From: Eledone cirrhosa
Lineage: Eukaryota
Direction of reading: 5' to 3'
Assembly: GCA_964016885.1 (NCBI GenBank)
Contig: OZ024741.1
Location: forward strand, 294,004,001-294,068,000
DNA: 64,000 nucleotides
Shown here: in pieces, positions 62,542 to 64,000 of the stretch
Layout of the letters: every line of letters begins with the position of its first letter
Numbering within the stretch: position 1 is the first letter of the stretch
The notes under the pieces: generated by a model
Databases searched by the model: none
Told to the model about the DNA's origin: nothing
The model's input: the letters and a program-made list of their open reading frames with translations, nothing else
Made by a program: the position numbers and the translations under genes

Positions 62542-63385
62542 ATTATATAAATATTTTATAAAGTCATTTTTTTGTATAACATATTTAAAAATATATATTT
62601 CCCTACTTTCTTCCCAGTTATAAATCCAGTCTTTTTTCTGTGTATGTGGTCGTATTTATCGAAATTCTTGAAGGGAAAATGATTTTATGGAAATCTAACT
62701 GATATTTCTGGCAGATGGCATGACCACTTGTAGCTGTTTTATTCAGCTGTAGTTAATATTATGGAAATTGAGTGTCCAACAAATTGTTTACTTCAGTTAT
62801 ACAAACTAATTCTAAAATATCAACAATAATATGATTTTAAAAAACCAATACACAGATAAATATTTTTAAAATTCATTTATCGGAAGAATATTTTTTTAAT
62901 ATACATATATATATTTCTATATTCCCAGTGAAAATTTCAGATCTATCAGGTTTTTTTTTTTTTTTGCTTTTTATTTTCAAAATTAAATTCTTAAGGAAAA
63001 AATATTCTATGTAACTGTCAATCAGAAATTTGGGTTATATTTATAAAGTAATTTGAACCAAATCTATTTTATTTTATTTATTTATTTATGTATTTATTTA
63101 TTTATTTATTTATTTATTTATTCATTTTTTTTTACAAATATATCTAAAAATGTAGGTAAACTCATCTGAATTAAGTGAAAATGTCTCAAAAAAGAGAACT
63201 ACCACAATACATAAAAAACAAAACAGAATATAAAATTTACAAATAAAGTAATTTTGAAACATAAGAAATGGTTTTCATTTATAACAAATTAAAATAGAAA
63301 TACAAGTGTATTTTTTAGTTTTGTTTTGTACATTGTATGTGCATACATATGTATGTGCATATATATACTTACATACATATATGTG

Positions 63386-63416
<31 letters not shown>

Positions 63417-63446
63417 ATATATATATATATATGTATGTGTATTTAT

Positions 63447-63508
63447 ATCATCATCATCATCATCATCATCATCGTTTAACGTCCATCTTCCATACTTGCA
63501 TGGGTTTA
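63447..63508 (-). mobile_element. Ultra-short RTE 3' end in (TA)n
   Basis: (CAT)n-cgtttaacgtccatcttccatacttgcatgggttt. Confidence 0.8.
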
Positions 63509-63566
63509 TCTATATATATATATATATATATATATATAGATAGATATATATATATGTATGTATCCG

Positions 63567-63601
<35 letters not shown>

Positions 63602-63629
63602 CTGTATTTATTAATATATATATATATAA

Positions 63630-64000
63630 GGAGTAGGTAGAAACTCCATTTTATGTCCCAAATGCAAAGTATGGGTGCATAAAAGATGTAGTGGGATCAC
63701 AGGTAAGCTAACTAAGAACATAGATTTTATATGTGTCCGGTGCTCTGGTGCAATAAGTAGCAGCAAGTGCCGACAGAATACTAGCTCAATCCATTGCGCA
63801 GAGGGTTCTATAGAAATAGTGGACAGCTTCCGTTACCTGGGTGACAAAATCAGCAGTGGGAGAGGGTGCTCTGAAAGTACAGTAGCTAGAGTCAGAACTG
63901 GATGGAAAAAGTTCAGAGAGCTTATACCACTATTAGCCGCTAAAGGGTTCTCCCTAAAAATGAAAGGCAGGCTGTATGATGCCTGCATACGAACAGCAAT
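63630..64000 (+). mobile_element. 5'-truncated RTE LINE (subfamily 2), runs off the window
   Basis: Open frame [22 protein letters not shown]...FICVRC...DSFRYLGD...GWKKFRELIPLL. The overlap with 22342 onward is near-identical. Confidence 0.93.

Overview
This is an AT-rich, microsatellite-dense eukaryotic window. The SINE and LINE repertoire points to an octopus or other coleoid cephalopod (inference from recalled repeat families). I recognise no host protein-coding gene. Nearly all listed ORFs are microsatellite translations or retrotransposon fragments. Supported content: one young 5'-truncated RTE-clade LINE with an open 831-aa ORF carrying a PHD finger inside its RT, further RTE, Tx1/L1, CR1 and mariner remnants, at least three tRNA-derived SINE families, a non-autonomous Helitron, TA- and TTAA-type MITEs, minisatellites, a 200-N gap and a near-identical duplication around it. 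The most striking signal is not in the ORF track. There are three structurally complete type I hammerhead ribozymes (8592-8652 -, 8988-9045 +, 41661-41718 +) and about ten degenerate cores from unrelated sequence families. Many sit just upstream of a (TA)n tract, and several are tied to fold-back palindromes or partial tandem repeats. This suggests diverse (TA)n-targeting Penelope-like/retrozyme elements. Weak splice signals (candidate exon 10328-10410, a CAG|GTAAGA recursive-splice-like site at 27722) hint that the window lies in a long + strand intron. All structures were read by eye and no searches were run.
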